Part shown: in pieces, positions 56,772 to 64,000 of the stretch
Layout of the letters: every line of letters starts with the position of its first letter
How positions within the stretch are numbered: the stretch's first letter is position 1
Assembly: GCA_034669505.1 (NCBI GenBank)
Contig: JAXDNJ010000031.1
Coordinates: 6,421-70,420 of the forward strand
Source of the DNA: Methylobacteriaceae bacterium
GTDB taxonomy: Bacteria; Pseudomonadota; Alphaproteobacteria; Rhizobiales; Beijerinckiaceae
DNA: 64,000 nt
Direction of reading: 5' to 3'
Notes under the pieces: model-generated
Told to the model about the DNA's origin: nothing
The model's input: the letters and a program-made list of their open reading frames with translations, nothing else
Databases searched by the model: none
Translations under genes and position numbers: made by a program

Positions 56772-57734
56772 ATGAGACCTGGTCAGAATAAGCGCATGCG
56801 CGGCCGCAATCCCGGCCGCAAGGGTCCCAATCCGCTGACGCGGAGCTACGAGTCGAACGGGCCCGACATCAAGATCCGCGGCACCGCGCAGCACGTCGCC
56901 GAAAAATACCTGCAGCTGGCGCGCGACGCGCAATCTTCCGGCGATCCCGTGAGTGCGGAAAGCTACCTGCAGCACGCCGAGCATTATTTCCGCATCATCG
57001 CGGCGGCCCAGCAGGCCCAGCAGCAGGCGCAGATGGGCGGCCCGCGCCCACAGAGCGAGGCCGACGACGAGGGCGACGACGACGTCGATTACGGATTGTC
57101 GGACCGCTTCGCCTCGGTCGCCGAGCGGCTGCCGCCACAGCCGGTCTATCAGGCCGCGAATTTCCAACCGCCGCAGCCGCAGGGAAATTTCGGTGGCCAG
57201 CAGCAGCCCTATGGTGAGCGGCCGCGCTTCAACAACAACGATCGGCCAGAGCGCCAGAACTTCGGCGAGCGGCCGAACTATAACGGCGGCGACCGCAACG
57301 AGCGTTGGCGCAACGACCGCCAGCCGCAGGAGCGGCCGTATCAGGATCGCCCCTACCAGGACCGCAATAGTGGTGGTGGTAATGAGCGCGGCAATTACCA
57401 GGGTCAGCCGTATCAGGATCGCGGCAATCGCGGCGATCAGCGCCGCTTCCGCGGCGACCGCCCGGAACGCGGCGACGGCCAGCCTGAGAACCGCGGCCCA
57501 AATGAGCGCGAACCGGCTGAATTGCCGGCCTTCATCACGGCGCCAGGTCCACGCCCGCCTCTTCCGGAGCCGGCAGGCAATCCGGCGGAAGGGGACGCGC
57601 CGCGCGATCTCGGCGGCGAGGGAGCTGGCTTCCATCTGCGCTCGCGTCGTCGTCGTCGTGGTCGTCCGGGCGAAGGCGAGGACCGCGCGCCGAACGACGT
57701 GCCCGATACCGACGAGGTTCCTGCCGGCGAGTGA
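56772..57734 (+). CDS. DUF4167 domain protein
   Basis: N-terminus RGRNPGRKGPNPLTRSYESNGPDIKIRGTAQHVAEKYLQLARDAQSSGDPVSAESYLQHAEHYFRI, followed by a low-complexity R/Q/D/P-rich tail. Confidence 0.9.
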   Translation: MRPGQNKRMRGRNPGRKGPNPLTRSYESNGPDIKIRGTAQHVAEKYLQLARDAQSSGDPVSAESYLQHAEHYFRIIAAAQQAQQQAQMGGPRPQSEADDEGDDDVDYGLSDRFASVAERLPPQPVYQAANFQPPQPQGNFGGQQQPYGERPRFNNNDRPERQNFGERPNYNGGDRNERWRNDRQPQERPYQDRPYQDRNSGGGNERGNYQGQPYQDRGNRGDQRRFRGDRPERGDGQPENRGPNEREPAELPAFITAPGPRPPLPEPAGNPAEGDAPRDLGGEGAGFHLRSRRRRRGRPGEGEDRAPNDVPDTDEVPAGE

Positions 57735-57743
57735 GGTTCAGCC

Positions 57744-58967
57744 TCAGCTCTTCACCTCGTCGCTGAGGATCGGCCCAAACAGCACCCAACGCGTGCCGTC
57801 GAAGCGCTCCATCTGGAACTGCTTGATCACGCGATAATCATCGGTTGTCGTCGTCACCGACATGCCGGGCAGACCGAGCGTGCCGGCAAAGTCCTTGATG
57901 TTCGTCGCTTGTTTCATCAGGTTTTCGCGGCTGAGATCGTCGCCGCATTGGCGCAGCACGTGCACCATCAACTCCGCGGCGCCGTATCCATACGTGTTGA
58001 ACACGCTGTCCTTCACGCCGGCCGGATAATATTTATCCATGAACTCGAAATATGTCTTCATGCCCGGATCATTTTTCCATGCGGGATCGGACGGATCTTT
58101 CCCGTAGGTGACGGTGATCAGGCCTTTCGAATTCTCCAGTCCCGCCGGCGTCAACACTTCGCTCGTGGAGATCGAGTTGATGTTGAGGATGTGCACTGGG
58201 TTCCAGCCGAGCTCGGCGGCCTTTTTGATCGCTTGCGCCGCGAATTTCGGTGTGCCGCCATTGAACAGCACATCGGCGCCCGAGGCCTTCAGTTTAAGCA
58301 TCTGTGAATCGACCGTCGGATCGGTGGCTTCATATGTCGCCTCGGCGACGATCATGTCGGCTTTGGCACCCAGAGCCTCCTTCCATCCCTTCAGATGATC
58401 GCGGCCGAAATCGTCGTTCTGCGTAAGCATGGCGATTTTCGCCTTGGGATGTTCTTTCAGAACATATTGCGCATAGACATGCGCTTCCGTGAGGTAGCTT
58501 GGATTATAACCAATCGTCCAAGGGAAGTTCTTCGGATCGCTGAACTTCGCCGCGCCGGTCGAGACGAACAGCATCGGGACTTTCTTGGCATTCATGTATT
58601 TCTGGATCGCGGTGTTCGTTGCGGTGCCGAGCGTCTGGAACGTCGCCAACACCTCGTCGCTTTCAACGAGCTTGCGGATCTGCTCGACCGTTTTCGGCGG
58701 GCTGTAGCCGTCGTCGTAGCTGATCAGATTGATCTTGCGGCCATTGATGCCACCCTGATCGTTGATCATCTGAAAGTAAGCCGCTTCGGTCTTGCCGATC
58801 GTGCCGTAGGCGGACGCGGGCCCGCTATACGGCATGGTCTGGCCGAGCTTTATCTCAGAGTCGCTCGCGCCGGGCCCGTATTTGGGCTCCGCCTGCAACG
58901 CGGTGAGCCCGCCCATCGTCATCGCGGCGACGGCAAGCGTTCTTCCCAGCCAAGTCCCGTTTATCAT
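57744..58967 (-). CDS. ABC transporter substrate-binding protein, branched-chain amino acid (LivJ-like) family
   Basis: GGGAGGA lies upstream of ATG 58967 (MINGTWLGRTLAVAAMTMGGLTALQA). Type I PBP fold pattern. Confidence 0.9.
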   Translation of the reverse strand: MINGTWLGRTLAVAAMTMGGLTALQAEPKYGPGASDSEIKLGQTMPYSGPASAYGTIGKTEAAYFQMINDQGGINGRKINLISYDDGYSPPKTVEQIRKLVESDEVLATFQTLGTATNTAIQKYMNAKKVPMLFVSTGAAKFSDPKNFPWTIGYNPSYLTEAHVYAQYVLKEHPKAKIAMLTQNDDFGRDHLKGWKEALGAKADMIVAEATYEATDPTVDSQMLKLKASGADVLFNGGTPKFAAQAIKKAAELGWNPVHILNINSISTSEVLTPAGLENSKGLITVTYGKDPSDPAWKNDPGMKTYFEFMDKYYPAGVKDSVFNTYGYGAAELMVHVLRQCGDDLSRENLMKQATNIKDFAGTLGLPGMSVTTTTDDYRVIKQFQMERFDGTRWVLFGPILSDEVKS

Positions 58968-59001
58968 TATCGTCCTCCCATGCATTGATTGTATCCGATC
59001 C

Positions 59002-59661
59002 TCAAAGTCGCTTCTCGGCAAACAGATTGACGACCATGTAGGACGGGAACGTCGCGTTCCACTCGTCTTGATAGCTCAGCGGAATGAATTCGTTCGGCGC
59101 GGAGATTTTCGCCCGGTGCTCGTATTCGCACTCGACGACATTCAGGCCCGCGTCGCGAAAGATCAAGGCGAGCGCTTCCTTGCTGAAGCGGAAGAAATCC
59201 GAGGGATAGCCGTGCAGCGGGAACGTCTGGTGGGTGCTCACCAAGCAGAAGCCGCCGGGCGAGAGGACGCGCGCGACCTCTCGTGCGGCGATCCATGGAC
59301 GCTCGAGATGTTCGAACACCGCCACTGCGACCAGCGCATTGAACCGGTTCGCCCAATCCGGCGGCAGCGCATGCAGGTCGGCGACGAGATCGACGTCGGC
59401 GCCGGCTTCCACATCCGCCATCAGATAATTGCTGCGCGGCACATGCGGAAAGAGGTGCATCGCATGCGTCGGGCGGCCTTCGATCGATTGCTTCGTGCCG
59501 ATTTCGAGGACGCGCGCATCCGACTTTAATGCCGCCGCGGCGGCGGCGAACCTGTCGCGCGGCGCGCTGCTGGACATGTCGGGCGCGGCAGTCCCTCGCG
59601 CCGCTTTGGCGCTTCGGCCGGCGATCGCATCGCGGAATTTTGACAGGGCCGTCAGTGCCAT
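59002..59661 (-). CDS. Class I SAM-dependent methyltransferase
   Basis: Motif I ARVLEIGT, then VAVAVFEHLERP and LSPGGFCLVS. Confidence 0.78.
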   Translation of the reverse strand: MALTALSKFRDAIAGRSAKAARGTAAPDMSSSAPRDRFAAAAAALKSDARVLEIGTKQSIEGRPTHAMHLFPHVPRSNYLMADVEAGADVDLVADLHALPPDWANRFNALVAVAVFEHLERPWIAAREVARVLSPGGFCLVSTHQTFPLHGYPSDFFRFSKEALALIFRDAGLNVVECEYEHRAKISAPNEFIPLSYQDEWNATFPSYMVVNLFAEKRL

Positions 59662-59846
59662 GAAGTCCTCGCGGAGGGTTCCTGGTTAGCCCGGCCCGGA
59701 GGCCGTCGCAAGCGAGCGAAAAGTACGTATCTCTCCCGCTGAGTGAAGTCGCGTCCGACACCGCGTGTCAGGCGAAACTTATTTCCGCCCTGGAGCGGAT
59801 CGATGGACACATCGTACCTCCTGATTAGCACTTAGGCGCGTCTGCG

Positions 59847-60200
59847 ATGGCTACTGGCAGACGGCCTATGATCATCGCTCGCAGAACATTGCATTGGAAG
59901 AGCCAGGCCGGCGCGGCGGACATTGAAGTTCGCATCTTCCGCCCCGAGGAAATCGACGGCTGCTGGCGCTGCCGCTACGAAATCGATTGGCCGGACCGTA
60001 AACGGGCTTTTTCCGGCGCCGGTTACGATTCCGTGCAAGCGCTGCACGCGACGTTGCAGATGATCGGCAGCGAGATCGTCGCAAGCGGCTATTACCAAGC
60101 CGGGGAGATCAGTCTCGACGGCGATTATCGCGGCTGCGGCTTTCCTGTGCCGCCCAACATCCGCGATTGCCTGCGCGATGACGATGCGAGATTTGGCTGA
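59847..60200 (+). CDS. Hypothetical protein (DUF6968-like by memory)
   Basis: EVRIFRPEEIDGCWRCRYEIDWPDRKRAFSGAGYDSVQALHATLQMIGSEI. The start could be Met8 (59868). Confidence 0.5.
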   Translation: MATGRRPMIIARRTLHWKSQAGAADIEVRIFRPEEIDGCWRCRYEIDWPDRKRAFSGAGYDSVQALHATLQMIGSEIVASGYYQAGEISLDGDYRGCGFPVPPNIRDCLRDDDARFG

Positions 60201-60465
60201 GTACTCGTCATGCGCTGGCCTTGCGCCGGGCATCCACGAAGGCAAATGCGCGCCGGCCGACCGGTTGTTGTGGATGGCCGGCCAAGCCCGGCCATGACGC
60301 GCTCGTTTGTCGCAGCGTGCGATTAAGCGAGCAGCGTTTTTGAACACGCTCCCCTGCCTCTGTCATATCGCCGCAAGCAAATCCGCAGGGCACCCATGCG
60401 GAAACGATTTCTCGGCTGCTCTGTTGTGCGCCGCACCAACCCTCTCGCAATGCGGAGCATATGAT

Positions 60466-60735
60466 ATGAAGAAGACAGTTGCAGCCGGCATCGGACTTGC
60501 CGCCTTCCTCGCCCTCGCGCCGAACGCGTTCGCGCAGGACACGATGATGGACGGAACGCCCGACGCCGTTCCGGAGCGCGGCGCCGGCATCGCCGGAACG
60601 GGAGAATCCGCCGCCGGCCCCCGTTCCAACGAAGGCCTCGCCGACACGCTGCCCGGCCGCGCCGCGGCACCGGGTTATCGCGGACGCTCGGTCTACAGCG
60701 CCCCGGTCGCGCCGAGCGACGACGACGTAGAGTAA
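60466..60735 (+). CDS. Small secreted hypothetical protein
   Basis: Signal peptide MKKTVAAGIGLAAFLALAPNAFA and a low-complexity mature part. Confidence 0.5.
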   Translation: MKKTVAAGIGLAAFLALAPNAFAQDTMMDGTPDAVPERGAGIAGTGESAAGPRSNEGLADTLPGRAAAPGYRGRSVYSAPVAPSDDDVE

Positions 60736-60746
60736 CCAACAAAAAA

Positions 60747-60771
60747 TCCCCGCCGGCAGAACCGGCGGGGA
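60747..60771. terminator. Intrinsic terminator hairpin between convergent genes
   Basis: TCCCCGCCGG-cagaa-CCGGCGGGGA. The flanking AAAAAA (60741-60746) gives a U-tract for the minus-strand gene. Confidence 0.7.
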
Positions 60772-60804
60772 TCAGTTCATCCCGAAAATGTTTTCAGACG
60801 CGAT

Positions 60805-61047
60805 CTAAAGACCGCGGGCGCGCGCAACCTTCATGCAGGCGGGGCTCACCAGCGAGCGCTTCGACTTCATGCAGCCGAGGACGCGGCTCACATCCGGCAG
60901 CATGTCGCTGCACAGCCGCACGACATCGGGGCCGCAGGCCTGCTGCTCGGCCGCGCTGATTTCGGTGCCGCCGAGGGACTGGGCATAGGCGCTGACGGGA
61001 AGGGCGAGGCCGAGAAGCACGAACGCGGTTTTTGCGACTTTCATCAT
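60805..61047 (-). CDS. Cysteine-rich repeat secreted protein
   Basis: Signal peptide MMKVAKTAFVLLGLALPVSAYA. The motif ACGPDVVRLCSDMLPDVSRVLGCMKSKRSLVSPAC follows the pattern C-x6-C-x12-C-x10-C. Confidence 0.6.
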   Translation of the reverse strand: MMKVAKTAFVLLGLALPVSAYAQSLGGTEISAAEQQACGPDVVRLCSDMLPDVSRVLGCMKSKRSLVSPACMKVARARGL

Positions 61048-61391
61048 TCCTTGAGTTCCGATCGTTTCCGCCTCCGCTCCAAGGCGTGCCCCAGCGAAGC
61101 CGCTAGAGGGGGTGCCGCAAAGGCTTGGGGTTAAATTCGGCTCGCTCCCTTTAGGCGCCAATTGCCACGATGAGCGGCGTTCTGCGCCCGATGCGGCGCC
61201 ATGGAAGCGCCAAGCCGAGCCGTATGCCTGCCGTTTAGCGCTTATTGTGCAGTGCGGCAAGAGGCGAATTGTCGCAAGTATTGCCGCGACAATACACCGC
61301 CCATTCCGCGGGAACCCTGCCCCGATGAGGTCACATCTGCCAACGAGACAGTCTTCGCTTCAACCCATCAAAGTAGGAGTCAGGGAAACTG

Positions 61392-62018
61392 ATGCGAAGA
61401 ATAGTAATAGCTCTGCTCGCGCTTATCGCCTTCGGCGGATATGCCGAGGCACATTCGCGACATCACTATCATCATCACCATCGAGGCTTTGGATATAGCC
61501 ACCATCACCATCACATGCACTTTCGCCACTTCCGCGGGCGCCACCACCATCACCATCACCACTACGCCTACAGGGCGGAGCGCCGGGCGCGGGCCGCAGA
61601 GGCTGGCGGGGCGCAGTCCTGGTTTGGCACGCCGGCGCCAGAATATCCGCAGGCGCGTGAGCGAGCCGTGACCAGCCAGCCTTCGCGGACCTGGGGTCAC
61701 GCGTCCTCCTTCGGCGGCGCCTCCTCGGCCGCCGGACGGGTCGTTCGCGCCAGCTGGTATGGCGGCGGCGAGAAACTGAGCTCGCGCACTGCCAATGGCG
61801 AGCACTTCAACCGCGGTGGCCTAACGGCGGCACACCGCAGCCTGCCCTTCGGCACGCGTGTGCAGGTGACGAATGTGGCGACCGGCCGCGCCGTCGTGGT
61901 GCGGATCAATGATCGCGGTCCATTTGTCGGGGGGCGCTCTCTCGATCTCGCCCACGGCGCGGCACAGGCGATCGGCCTGCGCTCGACCGGCGCCGTGCGC
62001 ATGGTCGTGCTCAACTAA
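61392..62018 (+). CDS. rlpA: RlpA-like septal ring lytic transglycosylase (DPBB domain) with His-rich N-terminal tract
   Basis: SWYGGGEKLSSRTANGEHFNRGGLTAAHRSLPFGTRVQVTNVATGRAVVVRINDRGPFVGGRSLDL. A signal peptide is followed by a His-rich segment. Confidence 0.88.
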   Translation: MRRIVIALLALIAFGGYAEAHSRHHYHHHHRGFGYSHHHHHMHFRHFRGRHHHHHHHYAYRAERRARAAEAGGAQSWFGTPAPEYPQARERAVTSQPSRTWGHASSFGGASSAAGRVVRASWYGGGEKLSSRTANGEHFNRGGLTAAHRSLPFGTRVQVTNVATGRAVVVRINDRGPFVGGRSLDLAHGAAQAIGLRSTGAVRMVVLN

Positions 62019-62029
62019 ACCGACTGCTT

Positions 62030-62058
62030 CTCTCCCCGGCCGGACGGGCCGGGGAGAG
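62030..62058 (+). terminator. GC-rich hairpin after rlpA (terminator-like, no U-tract)
   Basis: CTCTCCCCGGCC-ggacg-GGCCGGGGAGAG. Confidence 0.45.
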
Positions 62059-62179
62059 CATGCCCATTCACCCAGTTCCCAAGGCAAGACGAAAGACGCC
62101 TTGCCAAAGAAATACTTGCAAAGCCTCCCGCGGCGTAAATAGTGCCGCCAGCCAAACAAAGCCGGTTGGGAGGAATTCA

Positions 62180-63394
62180 ATGCATCGTATCGCGACACTC
62201 GCGCTTAGCCTGGCGGCCGCTCTCGCACTCACGCCGGCAGCCCGCGCCCAGGCGCCCGGCTCGAGCGGCGTCAAAATCGGAATTCTGAACGACCAGTCCG
62301 GCGTCTACGCCGACTTCGGCGGCAAATGGTCGGTCGAAGCCGCGCACATGGCGGTCGAGGATTTCGGCGGCAAGATTTTCGGCAAGCCGATCGAGCTCGT
62401 CAGCGCCGATCATCAGAACAAACCCGATGTCGCCATCGGCATCGCGCGACGCTGGTACGACGTCGAAAACGTCGACGCGATCATGGAGCTGACGACGTCC
62501 TCGGTCGCGCTCGCCGTGCAGCAGCTGTCGAAGGACAAGAAGAAGATCACGATCGTCGATGGCGCCGCGAGCACCGACCTCACCGGGAAACAATGCACGC
62601 CATATGGTTTCCACTGGGCCTACGACACGCATGCGCTGGCGGTCGGGACCGGCGGCGCGCTCGTCAAAAACGGCGGCGACAGCTGGTTCTTCATCACCGC
62701 CGATTACGCCTTCGGCTATGCGCTCGAGAACGACACGTCAAATTATGTGAAGGCGAATGGTGGCAATGTCGTCGGAGCCGTCCGGCATCCGCTGAATAGT
62801 TCGGATTTCTCATCCTTCATCCTGCAGGCGCAAAGCTCCGGCGCGAAAGTCGTCGGCCTCGCCAATGCCGGCCTCGATACCGCGAACGCCATCAAGCAGG
62901 CGGCGGAGTTCGGCGTCACGCAAGGCGGCAAGCAGCGCATCGCCGCGCTTCTCTTCACACTTGCCGAAGTACACGGCCTCGGCCTACAGGCGGCGCAGGG
63001 TCTGGTGCTTACGGAAGGCTATTACTGGGATCTCGACGACAAGGCGCGTGACTTCGCCGATCGTTTCATGAAGCGCACCGGCCGCCGTCCGAACATGGTG
63101 CATGCGGGCACGTATTCATCCGTGACGCAGTATCTGAAGGCGGTGCAGGCCGCCGGCACGACGGACGGCGATGCCGTGACGAAGAAAATGCACGAAATGC
63201 CGGTCGACGATTTCTTTGCCCGCGGCGGCCATGTCCTGCCGAACGGGCGCATGGTGCACGAGATGTATCTCTTCCAAGTGAAGACGCCGGCGGAAAGCAA
63301 GGGCCCGTGGGATTATTACAAGAAGCTCGCGGTCATCCCCGGCGACCAAGCGTTCTTCACGGTGAAGGACAGCGGCTGCAATCTGACGCAGTAA
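62180..63394 (+). CDS. ABC transporter substrate-binding protein, Leu/Ile/Val-binding family
   Basis: Start ATG 62180 (MHRIATLALSLAAALALTPAARAQ). SADHQNKPDVAIGIARRWYDVENVDAIME block. Confidence 0.9.
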   Translation: MHRIATLALSLAAALALTPAARAQAPGSSGVKIGILNDQSGVYADFGGKWSVEAAHMAVEDFGGKIFGKPIELVSADHQNKPDVAIGIARRWYDVENVDAIMELTTSSVALAVQQLSKDKKKITIVDGAASTDLTGKQCTPYGFHWAYDTHALAVGTGGALVKNGGDSWFFITADYAFGYALENDTSNYVKANGGNVVGAVRHPLNSSDFSSFILQAQSSGAKVVGLANAGLDTANAIKQAAEFGVTQGGKQRIAALLFTLAEVHGLGLQAAQGLVLTEGYYWDLDDKARDFADRFMKRTGRRPNMVHAGTYSSVTQYLKAVQAAGTTDGDAVTKKMHEMPVDDFFARGGHVLPNGRMVHEMYLFQVKTPAESKGPWDYYKKLAVIPGDQAFFTVKDSGCNLTQ

Positions 63395-63445
63395 GGCTCT
63401 CGCGGCCGCGCCTCCGAGGTGCTAAGATCGGGCCGAGACCAGCTC

Positions 63446-64000
63446 ATGCAACTCAGCGCGCTTTCCAGCACCTCATTCGGTCATCTGACGGCGGAGGACA
63501 TCCGCCGTATGCAAGCGGATGGCCTGATCGACGAGGATGATAATTTCGAACTCATCGAAGGGAGAATTGTCCCGATGGGCCCGAAATATCACGCTCACGA
63601 ACGGCTCAAATCTGAACTCGGGATGGCTCTTGCTCGGGTTTGTCCGCAGGATTTGATCGTCGGTTTCGAGACATCGTTGTTTCTAGGCACATCAACGATC
63701 GTCGAGCCTGACCTCTGTATTTACCCGCGCCGGCTGCGCTCCGAGGACGTGCGCGGCAGCGATGTTTTGCTCGCGATCGAAATCGCGAGTTCCACGCTCG
63801 CTCAGGATCGCGGGCCGAAAGCACGCCTTTATGCTGGTTTCAATGTTCGGGAACTCTGGGTCATCGATACAAACACCCGCATCACTTTGATCCACAGGAA
63901 CGCGGCGGCTGGCCAGTGGCAGGAAACTGTCCAGCTCCGTTCAAACGAGACGCTGCGCTTCGATGCCATACCCTCTTTTGCAATCAGGCTCGATCAGTTC
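63446..64000 (+). CDS. Uma2 (DUF820) family endonuclease, 3' end beyond window
   Basis: Not in the track because no stop occurs before the window end. It is open from ATG 63446 for 185 codons. VEPDL, LAIEIASS and VRELWVID match the PD-(D/E)xK Uma2 pattern. Confidence 0.8.
   Translation, partial: MQLSALSSTSFGHLTAEDIRRMQADGLIDEDDNFELIEGRIVPMGPKYHAHERLKSELGMALARVCPQDLIVGFETSLFLGTSTIVEPDLCIYPRRLRSEDVRGSDVLLAIEIASSTLAQDRGPKARLYAGFNVRELWVIDTNTRITLIHRNAAAGQWQETVQLRSNETLRFDAIPSFAIRLDQF

Noticed and set aside
56766-57837. 289-aa (-) and 294-aa (+) ORFs overlapping the DUF4167 gene
   Set aside because: The DUF4167 frame has the conserved N-terminal domain. The others are repeat-driven alternative frames of the low-complexity tail.
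1-64000. CRISPR arrays, tRNA, rRNA and tmRNA genes
   Set aside because: No regularly spaced direct repeats were seen. No cloverleaf-like or rRNA-like segments were found in any intergenic region I read.

Overview
High-GC alphaproteobacterial chromosome segment. The assignment rests on GcrA, a DUF4167 protein next to prmC, a soluble PAS-type PhoR and a Hyphomicrobiales-like gene order. No rRNA, tRNA or CRISPR array was recognised.

Layout:
- 0-8.6 kb: acyl-CoA synthetase (cut by the window edge), a frameshifted DUF5681-like mobile-element remnant, and a Rieske dioxygenase cluster (alpha, SDR, beta, two small unknown ORFs) with a divergent IclR regulator and a solute-binding protein.
- 8.6-12.4 kb: a gene graveyard holding an IS110 transposase remnant, an EAL fragment, a CMD fragment and a triply broken sulfite-oxidase-like gene.
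- 12.4-15.1 kb: a clan-CD (gingipain/caspase-like) candidate protease, divergent from a Tat-signal protein of unknown function.
- 15.2-27.5 kb: two orphan response regulators, an AraC regulator, several small ORFs, a DUF2231 plus PQQ sugar dehydrogenase pair, a solute-binding protein, an intradiol-dioxygenase-like gene, a cupredoxin, a PHB depolymerase, hyi and a frameshifted doxX.
- 27.6-48.9 kb: intact housekeeping block. It runs trpS, nfu, gcrA, argD, argF, hslO; corC, ybeY, phoH, miaB; plsC-like, rimI, tsaB; a ParDE-like toxin-antitoxin pair; phoB, phoU, pstBACS (with Pho box), phoR; htpG.
- 48.9-55.4 kb: accessory DNA between htpG and prmC. The last ~100 nt of htpG recur as two decayed copies (51.0 and 52.0 kb), each bounding a block of cargo genes. 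A clearly AT-richer two-gene cassette follows at 53.3-55.1 kb.
- 55.4-64 kb: prmC, DUF4167, a solute-binding protein, a methyltransferase, small secreted proteins, a His-rich RlpA, another solute-binding protein and a partial Uma2 endonuclease.

Best candidate for an undescribed system: the translationally coupled low-GC pair at 53298-55081. It encodes a 119-aa EACC1-like small protein and a 475-aa HEXXH protein with no family I can name.

All functional calls come from reading motifs by eye. No database search was run.
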